Below, piece after piece: positions 36,001-49,600 of a DNA stretch of 64,000 nucleotides. A program made the position numbers and the translations under genes. The DNA comes from Oikopleura dioica (taxonomy: Eukaryota > Animalia > Chordata): contig OU015568.1 in the NCBI GenBank assembly GCA_907165135.1, positions 6,386,001-6,450,000 on the forward strand, written 5' to 3'. Position 1 is the first letter of the stretch, and each line of letters opens with the position of its first letter. Below the pieces are notes generated by a model that had not been told where the DNA came from, searched no databases, and saw only the letters and a program-made list of their open reading frames with translations.

Positions 36001-39000
36001 ACCGAGCTCCGTTTGACAAAGCCCTTGGCTTGCTGGACTGTGATTTGTTCAAGAAACTGACAGGTCTTGTTCTAAAGCTGGATGATCCACTTGCTTCAGC
36101 TGTTGAAAAGCTTGGATATCTTCTAGCTCTAGCATTATTACACGGCCGTGGCGGTTGGATAAAAGAGCAAGGGGTAGACAAAGAGCTGGCGAAATGGGGA
36201 GACGAGAATTCAGGAGGAAAGACGACCTTCCCATGGCTAGAGTGGATCCAGAATCAAGTCGGGAATGCATCAGATGGCGCCGCAAAGGCAGAAGACTCGA
36301 AATCCGAGTGGAAGAAACGCGCCGCCGCTTCCCGAGCAGCTCTCTTGGCAAAAATGAAAAAACAGCAGTCCAATGCAATGAAAAACTTCTCCCACGACAT
36401 GACAAAAAGTTTCGAAGAAGAAACGTCGGAGGAAACAATGGGCGAGGAAGACAACGAGTTTCAGGTCGCTCCAGAGATCACCGAGTTGTTTCTCGACAGG
36501 GATGATAAGTTTTCGATGTCTAAGATCAACACGATCGATGATGTCTGGACCTGTATCTTGTGTCAATCTGATTCGCAGGTGGAATCTGAGTCTGATGATC
36601 CACTGCTGATGCTTGGTTATTTCGAGGAATCGACTGTCCTCGATCGTTACAAAACTCGCGAGGAAATTCTCCACGACCACGAGCTTTTTCTCGACCACGA
36701 TTGGGCCCGACCTCTTGATGCCAAGTGTGGAACTCATTTGACCACATGTGGTCATGTCTTGCACCACAGTTGTTTTGAAAAAAGCCTTGAGATCGCGAAG
36801 AACCAGGAGAATCGCTATTCGCAGATAAGATTCCGAGAGGGAAGCTGGAAGTTGCCAAAAGAGTTTACCTGCATGCTTTGCTCAAGAATATGCAATACAG
36901 TCATGCCACTGATTGATAGAGCGACGCACAAGAGGCTTAGATTCGAGCCCAAAAGGAATATCACCAGCATTGCGGAGAAACCAAAGACAGTCGGGCAGAA
37001 AATCGACGCGATGAAAAAAGAAGAAACCTCGACAAAAATGAGCAAAGACATAAAATTCTTCGAGTGGCTTTCGGAACTTCAAGATGAATTCGGATTTCCA
37101 AAGAAGCATCAGCCCCAGAATTATGTCGTCAGTCTCGGGACAATCGACATGGGAGAAGCTGGCGATAAGACTTATAAGGAGAAACAGTCAGCAGCTGATC
37201 TGAATGATAATGACGAGGAGGAGAGTACCGTTGACGATTTGAACAGAGGCTTTGTTGAGGAGAAGAGCACGGTTGGAGAAAAGTCCACTACGAATCACTC
37301 CTTCGACTCTGAAAATTGCGATGAAGAGTCAATTGGCAGCACGGATTCGGACGCGCCGAGAATGTCAAAATTCTCCCGAATTGTCCACACTTACCGTGAC
37401 ATCCACCAGAACTACGAGAAAAATGGAAACGGTCATTTTCAAACTGCTTCGTACTCAATTGCCGCTGCGGAAGCGCTGCTGCGATACGATAACAAACCGC
37501 TGATGGGTTCTCTCCCTGTCAGAAAAGACAAAGGGCTGGAGTTTCTGATCCGAAGCGCGCTGTACCTTTTTGGCAGTGCCGAAACAGGAAAAGCTGAAGA
37601 TGAATATCTCTCATCAACGCGACAGGAAGCCAGAGTAATCATCAAAAACATCATCGCAGATCCGCGAATGACTTACGATGTCCCGGCACTCCTCACTCTT
37701 GATCTTTTCCACGTTTATCTGACTCTCTTACTCGACTTACCTTACCTCGACCATCTCAAGGTAAAGACCCTCCACACTTTCTATTAGTAAGCGCTTACTT
37801 CTTTTATTGTAGCCACTTCAACACCAAAAAATTGCAGACAAGTTCTTTTTCCGTCTTATTCTCGCTGCCCAAATCACCCAAATCGCACTTTTTACCTCCA
37901 ACTCCATCATCTTCGAGGAACCTGAAGTCTTCACCGAAGTTGACGATTGCCAAGCATCGGTCTTCGCCTACCTGGTCTATCAACTACGTAGCCATTACAG
38001 AGGCCTTGAACCGCTGCACGTATCGCCGTTCATGATCTACCAGCACTTTATCCAATGTCTAACGCCGTTCGTTCGAAAGGTCTCTCTGTTGCTCATGTAT
38101 TTGAATCTTCTTGAACCGCCACCAGAGCTGTCTGATGGAAGGACGTCTTGGGAGTCGATGTGCCTCTGTCTTGGCATTCCAGACTCACTTTGCGAGCTGT
38201 TCGATGCTGATGGTGGAGCCCTAGAGGTAAGAAAAATATCATTCGAGCAAAGTTCTGAAAGAGTTATAGCCTTACGCCGAACGATGGATAAAACAACTCA
38301 TCTCGAGGGAAGACAAGTTTTCATTGAAAAACGCCCTCAAAGATGTATCCTTCCCGCAGCTGATCGAAATCCCATCACTAGCTACCTTGCCATCTGACTA
38401 CAGAAATGTGCTGACAATGGTCGCTGAAGCCAAATCTGAGCCGATAACGGTAGTCAATCAAGAGAACGAGGAAAATTCTGCAAATAATGCCGAATCGAAG
38501 AAAACAAAGTCGAATCAACAAATCTGTCCGGCAATTAAAAATCCCGCCGTTTGCCTTCTCTGCAACAAGGTCGTTTGTGTCCTGTCTGATTCTTACAGCG
38601 AGAAAAGTAAGTCCTTGAGTATTCCTCTTATGAAATGAAAAATTAGTTGACGATACCATCTACGGTGGCGGGTTACATCATGCAATGACATGCGGCCGTG
38701 GCATAGGACTGTTCATGCTTGTCGCATTTTCCGACCGAAATGCATATACCGACGCGATTTTCCAATTCTGCTCCGGCGTCAAAATCATTCTCCGAGATCC
38801 CGAAGTAGTTGGAATTCAAAGCGATATTCTCTTGCGAGGCGATCTTTTCCGTCCGAGAAATATAAAACCAGTCCAAGTTGGGCTCGTTAACTTTGAGTAA
38901 GTAGAAAACAAGATCTACTTTCTTCAATCGCTTTTTTAGCTTGCCATACGTTGATTCACACGGGGAGCCTGATCGAGGACTCAAATCTGGTGCCAAACTT

Positions 39001-39175
39001 CTTCTAAGGTACTTTTCGAATTCAAACCATTCTTTGACGGTTTTATAGTTCAGAAAACTACGAACGCCTTCGGCGCGAGTGGCTAGCTCACGAGATCTCA
39101 GATTCAGTTTCCCGCGAGATCGAGCTTAGCTCCAGCCGAACTCACTTGATGTCCAGCCATTGGTACTCGTTCTAG
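33007..39175 (+). CDS. UBR1/2: N-end rule E3 ubiquitin ligase UBR1/UBR2-like
   Basis: UBR box [30 protein letters not shown]...GGTCDCGDLEAW, ClpS-like LYNDEVHSYDEV, RING-H2 CILCQ...CGHVLHHSC...CMLC, C-terminal PAVCLLC...HAMTCGRGIG and YVDSHGEPD. Confidence 0.93.
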
Positions 39176-39183
39176 CGTTCTTT

Positions 39184-39355
39184 TCAAACTTCACGCTTCA
39201 CTTTTTGTTCAAAATTACCTTCTGCCTGATGGATTCAGTTTTCATGTTTTCTTCTTTATCTTCTTGCTAATAAATTTAACTTTCAAATACTTTCGTTAAA
39301 AAATGTGTCTTTGAAGAATGGCTTACAGGCCGCCGGCTAGGTACTCTGGCAGTAC
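39184..39355 (+). repeat. 172 bp direct duplicate of 41027-41198 (polyA signal, acceptor and first codons of DDX42)
   Basis: Near-identical sequence at an offset of 1843 bp, including aataaa and ATGGCTTACAGGCCGCCGGCTAGGTACTCTG. Confidence 0.97.
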
Positions 39356-41016
39356 GCCGGCTTTTCCGAATCCACACAATCAGATGCCGATGGGCGATGC
39401 GACACCAGCGCATCCAGTTTACAACGACTCTGACCAATTCCATGGACAAACGGGAGAACGAAGGTTTTCGAGAGAAGAAGACGATCATCGAGATCATGAT
39501 CGAAGTCGGGATAGAGACAGTGACGATTCAGAAGAAGACTTGGAATTGAACGAATTTGTTGACAAAATAAAATGCTTCCAATCAAAATCTGGTAATTTTT
39601 GAAATTTTAATACTTTACTAATTGTTTGTTTTAGCCAAGAAAATACGTAAATTGAAAGAACAACTGGCCCAGAAAAACGAAATAATCTTCAATTTACGAA
39701 AAGAGCTGACGAAAGCCCAGGACGAGCTGAAAGCCCAGAATGCCTCAGACCCAGACCTTGAAGAGCTGCAAATAATCTCCCCAAGCAAAAAGAAGCGCGC
39801 AAGAAGGTCAATGAACCATGCGTCCAATAGTTCAAATTCTGAAGAAGAAGTTCTCTCCAGCGCGAAAATTTCATCTCGTTCGAAGAAAATCCTGAAAAAG
39901 GATGAAAAACCCAGCACAAATATCAGTACAAGTTCGAATGGAAATCAGATGCTGGCGTCAAAACTACTCAACCTAAAGCCCAAAGAAACATTACCTCTTC
40001 CGAAGAAATCTCGTTCACAGGCGGACAGAATTTCGACTAAAAAGCCCTCTGTTAGTCGTTCTCGCCAATCTTCCAAACAAAAAACTCAAGACATCTCCCA
40101 ACACTTCATCAAAAAGTCCTCCAAGATTACTCCAGAAAAGTCGGCTCCACCAAATAATTCGTACTCGCCGTTAGAAGACATTGAACTAATCGACTCTTCC
40201 GAAGACGACGACATGACGCAAATTTCATTGCTCCACAAAACTGGGAACCAAACTGATACTCAACATTTGATGAACCCGTCGCCAGCAACTACAAATGGAA
40301 TGAACAGTCGGCTAGGAAACTGGCTCAAGAATGTGCAGGAAAACGCAAAGAAACGCAAGCACGCTGCTAGTCCTAAACCAGCTCGACAGTCACGGTACTT
40401 TCAAATTTTTCCTCATAATTTGAAAATATAAAAATAGGAGCAAAGCCGACTTGGAGTCGATGATAGCTGACGACGACGAGACAATGTGTCAAACGTCAAA
40501 AATCTACAGAGCTAGTTCCAAGTCACGATCTCGATCGGTTTCTCCAAAGCCCAGCTACTCCAAGAACGACGTTTCGGCAGAGGAGCTACTTTTCGGAGGA
40601 GCTAGCCAAACACCGAAAAGAGAAGATTCCGATACAGAGGAAAACGTAATGGCGCAGAAAAAGAAGCAGCGATTCGTTGGAAATATTCCAGTGGACACAC
40701 AAGGGAGGAGAATCAACGAAAAGATAAATTTCGGAGAGGGTTCAGCTAAAACTATTATTATTGATTCAGAATGAAAATTATTCTTTTGAATAATTTCGAT
40801 ATTTTAGACTGTTTACAACCCTTGAAAGATTTGATCGAACGAGCCAAGTTCAACCGATTGAATGATTCCGATCTGTTCCGCCAGCCTCCCTCTCCATCCC
40901 TCGATGGCAGTCAGTGGGAGCCTCGTTATCCCGAAAATAATTTCGACAATTTCTGGTGCACGGATGATGATAAACGATTGCCAATTTCAAGTCAGCGAAG
41001 GCGACCTCATATTTGA
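39318..41016 (+). CDS. Chimeric gene: DDX42-derived first exon fused to an unrelated coiled-coil/low-complexity protein
   Basis: The ORF starts MAYRPPARYSG (DDX42 start), continues PAFPNPHNQMPMGD...RDRD (DDX42 end), then unique DSEEDLELNEFVDKIKCFQSKS, an intron, and KKIRKLKEQL..., with further GT-AG-joined exons to 41016. Confidence 0.75.
39355..39520 (+). repeat. 166 bp duplicate of 43724-43889 (last coding exon of DDX42)
   Basis: Near-identical sequence at an offset of 4369 bp, in the same reading frame, with about five substitutions. Confidence 0.97.
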
Positions 41017-41160
41017 TTTATACATATCAAATTTCACGCTTCACTTTTTGTTCAAAATTACCTTCTGCCTGATGGATTCAGTTTTCGTGTTTTCTTCTTT
41101 ATCTTTTTGCTAATAAATTTAACTTTCAAATACTTCCGTTAAAAGATGTGTCTTTGAAGA

Positions 41161-44037
41161 ATGGCTTACAGGCCGCCGGCTAGGTACTCTGTCAGTACAA
41201 ATAGACAGGGCTACAAGACTCTAGCCGAGTTGCCTGATGATATTCCCACATGGACGACGAACTCGGGCAAATCTAACAGTAATAAAAGAAGACGAATGGC
41301 AGATGAAGATAGTTATTTTGACGACGACGATGATGATCCACCACCACCAAGTAAAACCTCATTCTTCCGCAACCAGATTCCTGATTATGCTTAATCTTTC
41401 TTTAGCTAAATCAACATACGATCCCTTCAATCCAACCGAAGACGGTTCGCAAGCTGCTAATGATGACGAAGATGAAATAGACCCCCTGGACGCTTTTATG
41501 GCCGAGAACAATAAAAAAGCAGCGATCGATAAGAAAAATATCGGCAAATCTAAGCCCAAGCAAAGAGCAGTTAGAGAAGACATCGAGAAAAAAGATTCAG
41601 AGGAGCAATTTTACGACTACATAAAGGTAAAGATATTCAATCTTACTGATGATCACGAATTTACTTTATACAGGCGAATCCCAACGCGGGAAAAGCCTTC
41701 ACACATGCGGAAGAAGAGGCTGAAGAAGAAATCGTTTACGACGAGTATGGAAACGCCACAAAAGTCAAGAAAGAGATTGACCCTCTACCAGTGATCTATC
41801 ATTCCGAAATCAACTATCCATCATTCCAAAAGAACTTCTACAAACCCCACGAAGATATTCAAAATGCGTCAAAGAACCAAATCAACAAACTTCTCGGAGA
41901 ACTCGGAATTAGAATCGCTGGATATCAGCCGCAAAAGCCCGTTTCTTCCTTTGGACACATGGGATTTCCTGATCGGCTGTTGGAGAGGATACGAAAAGTG
42001 GGATTCACAGATCCGACTCCGATTCAGTCCACGGCGATTCCTCAGATTTTGGGTGGAAGAGACGTGATTGGAATCGCTCAAACTGGATCTGGTAAAACCG
42101 CTGGGTTCGTGTGGCCAATCATCTATCACGTGACAAAGCAAAGACCGCTCAAATACGGTGATGGACCCAGAGCGTTGATAATGGCTCCGACCAGAGAGCT
42201 GTGTCAGCAGCTGTACGCCGAGGTGCGAAAATTTTCGAAAAACTACGACTCCGTCCGCGTCGGAATCTGCTTTGGTGGAGGGAACATGTACGAGCAAGGG
42301 AAAGAATTGAAGATGGGTGTCGAAATTCTCGTCGCTACGCCTGGCCGTTTGATCGATCATGTCAAAAAAGGAAACACCGAACTCTCGAATTGTACCTTGA
42401 TTTGCCTGGATGAGGCTGACCGAATGCTGGAACTTGGATTCGAGCCTCAAGTGCGCTCGATTTGCAACCACGTCCGTCCCGATCGACAGTGTCTTTTCTT
42501 CAGCGCTACTTTCAAGAAGAAAATTGAAATGCTCGCAAATGATATTCTCAATGATCCGGTGAAGCTCACGCAGGGGCAAATTGGTCAAGTGAACGAAAAT
42601 GTCACGCAGACCTTTAAAATTCTCGGCCAAGGTGATTTATTATTTCTCAAACGAGTGATTGAACAGTCCTAGAACAAAAACTCCACTGGTTACTTACCAA
42701 TATCGTTCCGTTAACGGCCGAGGGATCTTTGCTCGTCTTCGTCACGAGAAAAGCTGATTGTGTGACAGTCCATGAAGAATTGAAGAAAAATGGCTTCAAG
42801 ACTGGAGTTATTCATGGAGACATGCATCAGGTTTTCAAAATCACTCTTTCTTGTTTAATCTATTTCAGGCGGAACGAAATGATGCAATCCAAGCATTCAA
42901 GCAGCGGAAACTCGCGACTTTAATCGCCACAGATGTCGCTGCCCGTGGTCTTGACATTTCTCACATCAAAACTGTAATCAACTACGACCCTGCTAGAAAT
43001 TATGACACTCATGTTCACCGGGTTGGTCGAACTGCCCGAGCTGGAAATACCGGAACGGCTATTTCTCTGTTTACTCCTCAAGATACTGAGTACGCAGGCA
43101 TCGTTGTCCGGTCAATTGAGACAACAAAACAGGTGATCATTAACTTCTGAAATCAAGGAAGACTAACGAAATTTTAGCCTGTTCCTGATGAGATGCTCAG
43201 ACTGGCTATGCGAGATCCAGGCTTCAGGATGACTCGAGGCAAAGATGGGAAGAACATTGGATATTCAGACAATGATCGTGGTGGATTAGGGTCTGGCAGT
43301 GGAAACAAATTTGTTCCAGAGTTCGTCGAATATAGAGCGCCAGCAGGAACAGCAAAGAATCCATACCTGGAGCGCCCACCGCCGAAAGATCCATCACTTG
43401 CCGTTCCACCACGTAAGATGTGCTTTTGCCCAACTTTTAAAATCAAAAAATTTATTAAGAAAATCGACCGAAGCCGATGGGTTCGGGCGCAGGAAATCCA
43501 CCACAGGGAGTTCAAGGAGTTTCTGGTGTTCTTCAAGGACAAGGAAGCTCCGTCATGTCCGATCGAGCGATTGCGATGAGAAAAGCGATGCAAAGTCGTT
43601 TCGGGCGATCATTTGTGGCTGGGAAAGCGGATGAAAAGCCGAAAATTGAATACACGGATCCCAGCGTGCGCCCTACTCTTGACCAGCTGTACCAAGAGCA
43701 TACTACTGGAATGCCAGCGGTGGCGCCGGCTTTTCCAAATCCGCACTATCAGATGCCGATGGGCGATGCGACACCAGCGCCTCCAGTTTACAACGACTCT
43801 GACCAATTCCATGGACAAACGGGAGAACGAAGGTTTTCGAGAGAAGAAGACCATCATCGAGATCATGATCGAAGTCGGGATAGAGACAGAGACCGAAGAG
43901 ATCGGGACCGTGACAGAGACCGAGACCGGGATCGCGACCGGTACGATCGAAGAAGAGACGATCGTGACAGAGACCGTGATAGAGATCGTCATCGTGACCG
44001 CGATCGTGATCGAGAGAGAAGATCTCGATGGAACTAG
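41161..44037 (+). CDS. DDX42: DEAD-box RNA helicase DDX42-like
   Basis: DEIDPLDAFMA; HSEINYPSFQKNFYKPH; AQTGSGKT; PTRELCQQ; DEAD; SAT; ARGLD; HRVGRTARAG; C-terminal RD dipeptide repeat ending RSRWN. Confidence 0.92.
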
Positions 44038-44162
44038 GAAAATTGTAAACCCAACTTATTCTTACTCTGCCAAAACTCATTTCTTTAACATCTAAGTAAA
44101 ATTTTATAAACTCATTACTCCAGTCACTGGAGCCCAATCTCTCAGCACACATGATTTAGAAA

Positions 44163-46033
44163 ATGGCGGGTGCAGTGATAGAAAATGTATCTTCGAAAAA
44201 GCTCTGGATAGGCGGAGCGGTTATTTTCGGCTTTGCCGTACTTGGCTTTGTCCTGGGAGGGGTCTACATCACGAGCAGCCCTAATCGTGCGGATGAAAAT
44301 ATTGCTACAGAGGTAATCTTATTCTTATCATCAGAAGTTCATTATTATTAGTGCTGGGATGCATCCGGCGATTTTGAACAAGACATCGGCATCATGCCTT
44401 GGCACCCAGAAGATGCCGCAGTTTTACCTTCCCAACAATGCCGCGTGCTTACCGATGAAGATCGAGCAAAAGTCCCTAATTCTCAAAATGAAAAGATCGT
44501 CTTCTCACTTCACATTCCTGTCAATGGCGAGGTTCTGACCCGCTGGTTTAGCTACATGCTCGTTCTGGTGTATCCAGAACTCAAATCACTTGCGAAACCG
44601 AATGCGACCCAAATCTGGTTTGATGCTAAATGTGAGTATTCAGAAAAGATTAAAAATAAGAACGTAACGGCCGTTTAGTCTATCACCGAGACAATCCGAA
44701 TGAAAAATGGTCGCTCAGTCACAAAAAACATTTCTCAAGAAACTACAATTGCGAAGAAATGAAATTTCCTGGCGGCGTAGACTACGCTTGCCAACCGATG
44801 AATTTCGTCGAACTGGGCAGTGTTCCTCACAAATACTATCTCGTCAACTTCAAGCTTCGTAAATTCGACGCAGAGGGAAATCACATCAACGAAAAAATCG
44901 GCATCTTCAGCCATGTCAACATGCCAGTAATCTATCAAAGTCCTGAATTCACCAAGTTGTGGCTCAGTCTCCAAACCTGCGTTTTCTTCTCTCAGTGGTT
45001 CTTTCTCGTTTGGTTTGCCAATCGAATTTCGCAGCTGAGAAGGCCAAAGACGCTCATTGAAAAGTCAATTCTAGCGCTTGGAATTTCGATTCAAATTGGA
45101 AACTTTCCTGTTCAATGGCTGGCGCTTTTCATGGAAGCGCCTTGGATGCTGCTTCTTTCCGACATTCGACAGGGTCTGGCGTACATGACTCTCTTTGGCT
45201 TCTGGTTGATTTTCATGAGTGAGCATTTGCTCGACAAGCCACATCGGGACAATTTGAAGAACTACGCTCTCCAGCTCTGTTTTGTTCTCCTCTGCGGGCT
45301 TTCCATGTTCGTTCTTGATTGTGTCGAGCGAGGCTGGCAACTGAAAGATCCTTTCTGGTCGGTTTGGGACACTGTTCACGGGCGAAATGCAGCTCATGCC
45401 ATGCCCATTGTTGGAGGAATCTTCGGCGCGCTTTACTTGGTCAACTTGAGCGTGATCATCTTCAGAGTGAGCTACAACTTGTTCAAGCGGCAGCAACACT
45501 TTGTCGGAAAACTCCATGCTGAAGGACTGATCTTACGTTTCCAGGTAGAACGAGTCCTCTATGATTTCAAAATTTTGAATAAAATTTAGATCATCATTGG
45601 ATTCACTTTCTTCTGCGCGATTGCTTCTCTTATCGCCTTTTACTACAACGAAGCAACTGATACGCCTGTTATCATCAACAACCATCATATTCAAGTAAAT
45701 CTACAAATAGAAATCCATCTTCAAAGAGACCTTTCAGGTTCAATCAGCTATCTACACAGGTCTCTACGTTTTGTGGAATTTGTATGTCTTATCCGTGATG
45801 CTTCTTTACGGTAAATCCTCCTCTATAAAACAATCGATACCTTTTTTTCAGCTCCGAGCCACAAATTTGGCTCAAACGCGGATTTGTCCGAAATGGCGCC
45901 TTTGAATTCCGAGGTTTCTTCTGTTTCCGGATCTCGAGTTGACTCCCTCCAGTCAATTTCCCATCAAACTTCTACGCGCGACGATATGCACTTGCTAGCT
46001 ACGCTCACTGCTGATAAAACAACTGCTGACTAA
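44163..46033 (+). CDS. WLS: Wntless (Wnt secretion factor)
   Basis: MAGAVIENVSSKKL N-terminus, YACQPMNFVELGSVPHKYYLVN, LLLSDIRQG, FWLIFMSEHLLD; multi-pass TM segments. Confidence 0.95.
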
Positions 46034-46301
46034 CAAAGTTTATTGCAATTACAAGACTCAAAGTAACTTCTCGCTCAAAAAGCCTTTATGATGACATGTA
46101 TCGAATCGCAAAAGTACTTCACTCTCATTTATTCCTTTCCTTCCAGCATTCTTCCCGTACTTCAATACCTTATCCCTCTCTTTTTTTCTGTATCAATAAA
46201 TTCACTAATTCCAGAACATGAAAACATTCACGCCTCACAAAGAGTTGGTCAGAGCCTAGTTTAGTCTAAATATTTCTATTGATCTTGTTATTTTCAAGAA
46301 A

Positions 46302-46583
46302 ATGCCACGCATGAAAAAGCAGAAACGAAGTCATATACAGAATCTTCGACACGGAATAGAAATGAGGAAAAAATATCCTGAACGATATCAAATTGTGCAC
46401 TTCAAATGCAAAACCACAAATGAATCCTGTTTGCAAGTTTCTGTGAAAACATGGAACGATATTATCGGGAAGATTGTCGAAAATGGAACTGACTTCAACT
46501 TAACTGAAGTGAAATACTCACTTGCTTTCACAAAAAATGTTTTGCCAACCGAAAGCGTTCTGAAGCCACTTTCTCAAAAATGA
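46302..46583 (+). CDS. Small basic hypothetical protein (93 aa)
   Basis: ORF with an ATG directly after a ttcaag acceptor, placed inside the operon between WLS and RPAP1. No family recognised. Confidence 0.45.
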   Translation: MPRMKKQKRSHIQNLRHGIEMRKKYPERYQIVHFKCKTTNESCLQVSVKTWNDIIGKIVENGTDFNLTEVKYSLAFTKNVLPTESVLKPLSQK

Positions 46584-46699
46584 AAAAGCTCTGACAACTG
46601 CCGTTTTTGTTCGCATTCAAATCTATTCGTTTATTCTCACGCTTATTATAGTTTTTTATTCAACATTCGAACAATCTCAATATTTTTTTGCTTTTAAGA

Positions 46700-49600
46700 A
46701 TGCCTCGTCGTCCGACCGCTCTTGATGACGATGAGCAGCTTCTACGAGAACAAGAAGCATTCCTCCGGAAAAATGAGCCGTCCGCGAAAGTTGTTCGAAT
46801 GAAAAAAGAAAGCACCAATCTCGAGCAAAAAGAAGAAAGAATGGAGATCGATGAAGTCCAACAAGTCCTGTTTGAGATTCAAGAGAAAATGTCAATCGTC
46901 GAATCTGAAAAACCAGCTGGTCATCCCGACGGATTTCCGAAAGTCTTTTCTCTCGGAAACACTGATCAAATTGGCGGAAAGAAGAAGGGAAAGAGTCTCT
47001 TCAAGCAAAAAATGGAAGAGAGGAAGAAAAAACAAGGAAGAGTATCTGAAGCAAGGGCACCACCGAGACCGATTCCTGTCAGGTCACTCGTGGAGGATGA
47101 AAAAATTGGCCATGAAAATGCGGAGCGTCTTGCCAAGGTAAAGTTTCCTTTCCGAGTTAATAATCTATCCTTTTTCAGCTTTCTATGGAAGAGATCGAGG
47201 AAGAAAGAAAACAGCTGCTGGCAAAACTCGATCCATCAATGCTCGATTTCATCAGAAAGCGAAGATATCAAGGCAGAACTTTCGACAAAGAAGGAGCGAA
47301 GGTAAAACTTCTCGAGGAAACTACTTTTAAAACTGAGCATGGAACGGATGTGAAAGTACCACTGAGAGGTGTTGATCAAAAGTGGGTGAATTTTGGCCAT
47401 GTCGAGCCGGAGAAATTGGAATGGATGCAAGATATTGAGATCAAGGAGATCAAGGGCGATGTGAAAGTCAGAGTTGACTTCAATGGAGAGGTTGTCAATC
47501 CTATCAGGTAAAGGAACTGTATAAAGCTCCTGTAAAACTGTTTCCTAGCGAGATAAGCTGGCGAGAAGGCCTTCACCACCATGGTGACGAAGAGCAAGTG
47601 CCTGGTTATTCGATGCAAGAACTGCTAGGTTTGAGCAACTCACGGCTCTTGCAACAACGACAGATCGCTTACAAAGCGTTGGAGGGAGTAATTCGTAATG
47701 CACGGCTCCAAAAAGGCGACAGAACTCTCTTTGTCGCGCCCAAACTTCTCCTGCAAGCTGGATTGGTCGTTGTTGTTCGCAGAGAACTCGACAGTGAAGC
47801 CCTTCAGTCGCAAGAAATGGCCCTACGATTGCTGCACGCGCTGATTGGCCCTTTGGATAGATCAATCGAACACGTGACTGTCAAAGCTTCCTTTGGCGAG
47901 TACAAAGCATTCGACGAAACCGACCACGACTCACTCGGCGACGGACTTATCGAGCATTCGGCCAAGGACCTGATCAGCGCTCTACTAAATATGCAAATTC
48001 TAGCCCGCTTCAGATTCTTACTCCAAAATCCAGCATCGTCTGGTGATGTCAAACTTCTAGTCATTGAAATACTACAAGTTTTCGCCGGTCATTCCTTGAC
48101 AACAGCGAATAGAATTTTTGATGAAAACTTTCTCGTCGAAGCACTGCTCCCAGATATTGCTTTGATGGGAACTGAACAATCAGCGAAACGACTGCGAGTT
48201 TTTCTCCTGATGATGAGAAACGGAAAGAACTTGGCGAAGAAACTAGCGGACAACGAAAGCTTCATGGGCGTTCTTTATTCTTCTTTATTCGGTCCCTGTG
48301 ATTTCCGAAAAGTTGGAATCGAAATCGCTCGATGCTTTGTCCAGTTCAGAATAAATACCGACGTCTTTATGAAGATGATTCAAGACTTTAGCAAATCACT
48401 GGAGAAATACGAAAGCCTCGTCCAGGAAGTCTTCCTTTGCTCCGAAAGAACTATCGAACTGTATGAAAGATTTCGATCAATTGCCTGCTCGACTCATCCG
48501 CAACAAAAGTCGTATGTCCACTTTGCCACGACTTTGCTAAAACTATTTCGCGAAGGAAAAGAAAGTCACAAGTACTCGCCGGTTCCAATCGAGCTTTTAG
48601 AAGTCTCATATCATCCTGATTCCCTCGACTCGCTTTGGGAACAACTTGATAAGCTCAGAGCTCCGAATTCGAATGCAAGGCCTTTGCCAGCAGTCCCTCT
48701 TGGGTTGGACGTTTCTTTGATGGAAAATTGCAATGAAACAGCGAGCTACCTTGATTATTTATCCGCACTGATCAACGTTGATCGAATGAAAGCAATCGAA
48801 TCGATCAAGAACTCTCTGGTTCTGGACATTCTAGTCGACGTAATCGACGTTCTCAAATTGTCACACGAAACTGAGCTCTTGATCGTCTCTATTGTACGAC
48901 TCGGCTGTCAACTGAAAACGCTCATAATCGACAAATCATTGGAAAACTTCGTCGCGCGCTGGCATGCTTTGTCTTTTCGCGCATCTCTTCTCTTACCTGT
49001 TGTTTATTCTGAGCTTCAGCTCCAGTTCTACTCCAATTTCTTCGACGGTTCTCTCTTTTCATGTTCATCAAAAAATAACCCAGAGGGCTTTGAATCAACA
49101 TTAGAAAAGATTCTGCCCGAGCTGTCTTCTCTCAGAGGTCAATTTCTCGCAACAGTGCGACAGTTTCTCCCGCCAACAAGTTGGGAACGATCGCGTCAGT
49201 TTTTGACAAGAAGTGAGAAATGCGAAACTTTGATAATTGGCGGACCTGGGTTGACCCCTTCACTTCCGAGTGACATCGTTTTTATGAAATTGATCGAGCT
49301 TGGGACGGTCTTGAGCGCTGGAGACTCGAATGTTTCACTTGAAGATCACGCGGATTCATCAGGTGACCAGTCTTTCCTTCTTCATGACTTTAAAATTAAT
49401 TTAGAAGCGATCAAATCTCTCCGTCTCGCGCATTTTTGCACAACATTCAGGAAGAACTCCATCCCTGGTGTCCAAGGTTCTTCTCTATTTGTTCGACTTG
49501 CTTTGGTATTCCTCTGTCCTCCAGAAATCTCAATGAGTGGAACGATTCTTGACCTGATTCGGCCTCTTCTGAAGCTTTCAGTGCAAAAATCAACTCTTGT

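Noticed and set aside
43860-44030. GACCG/GATCG repeat tract as a CRISPR-like or satellite array
   Set aside because: It is the coding Arg-Asp dipeptide repeat of the DDX42 C-terminus; there is no repeat-spacer structure.
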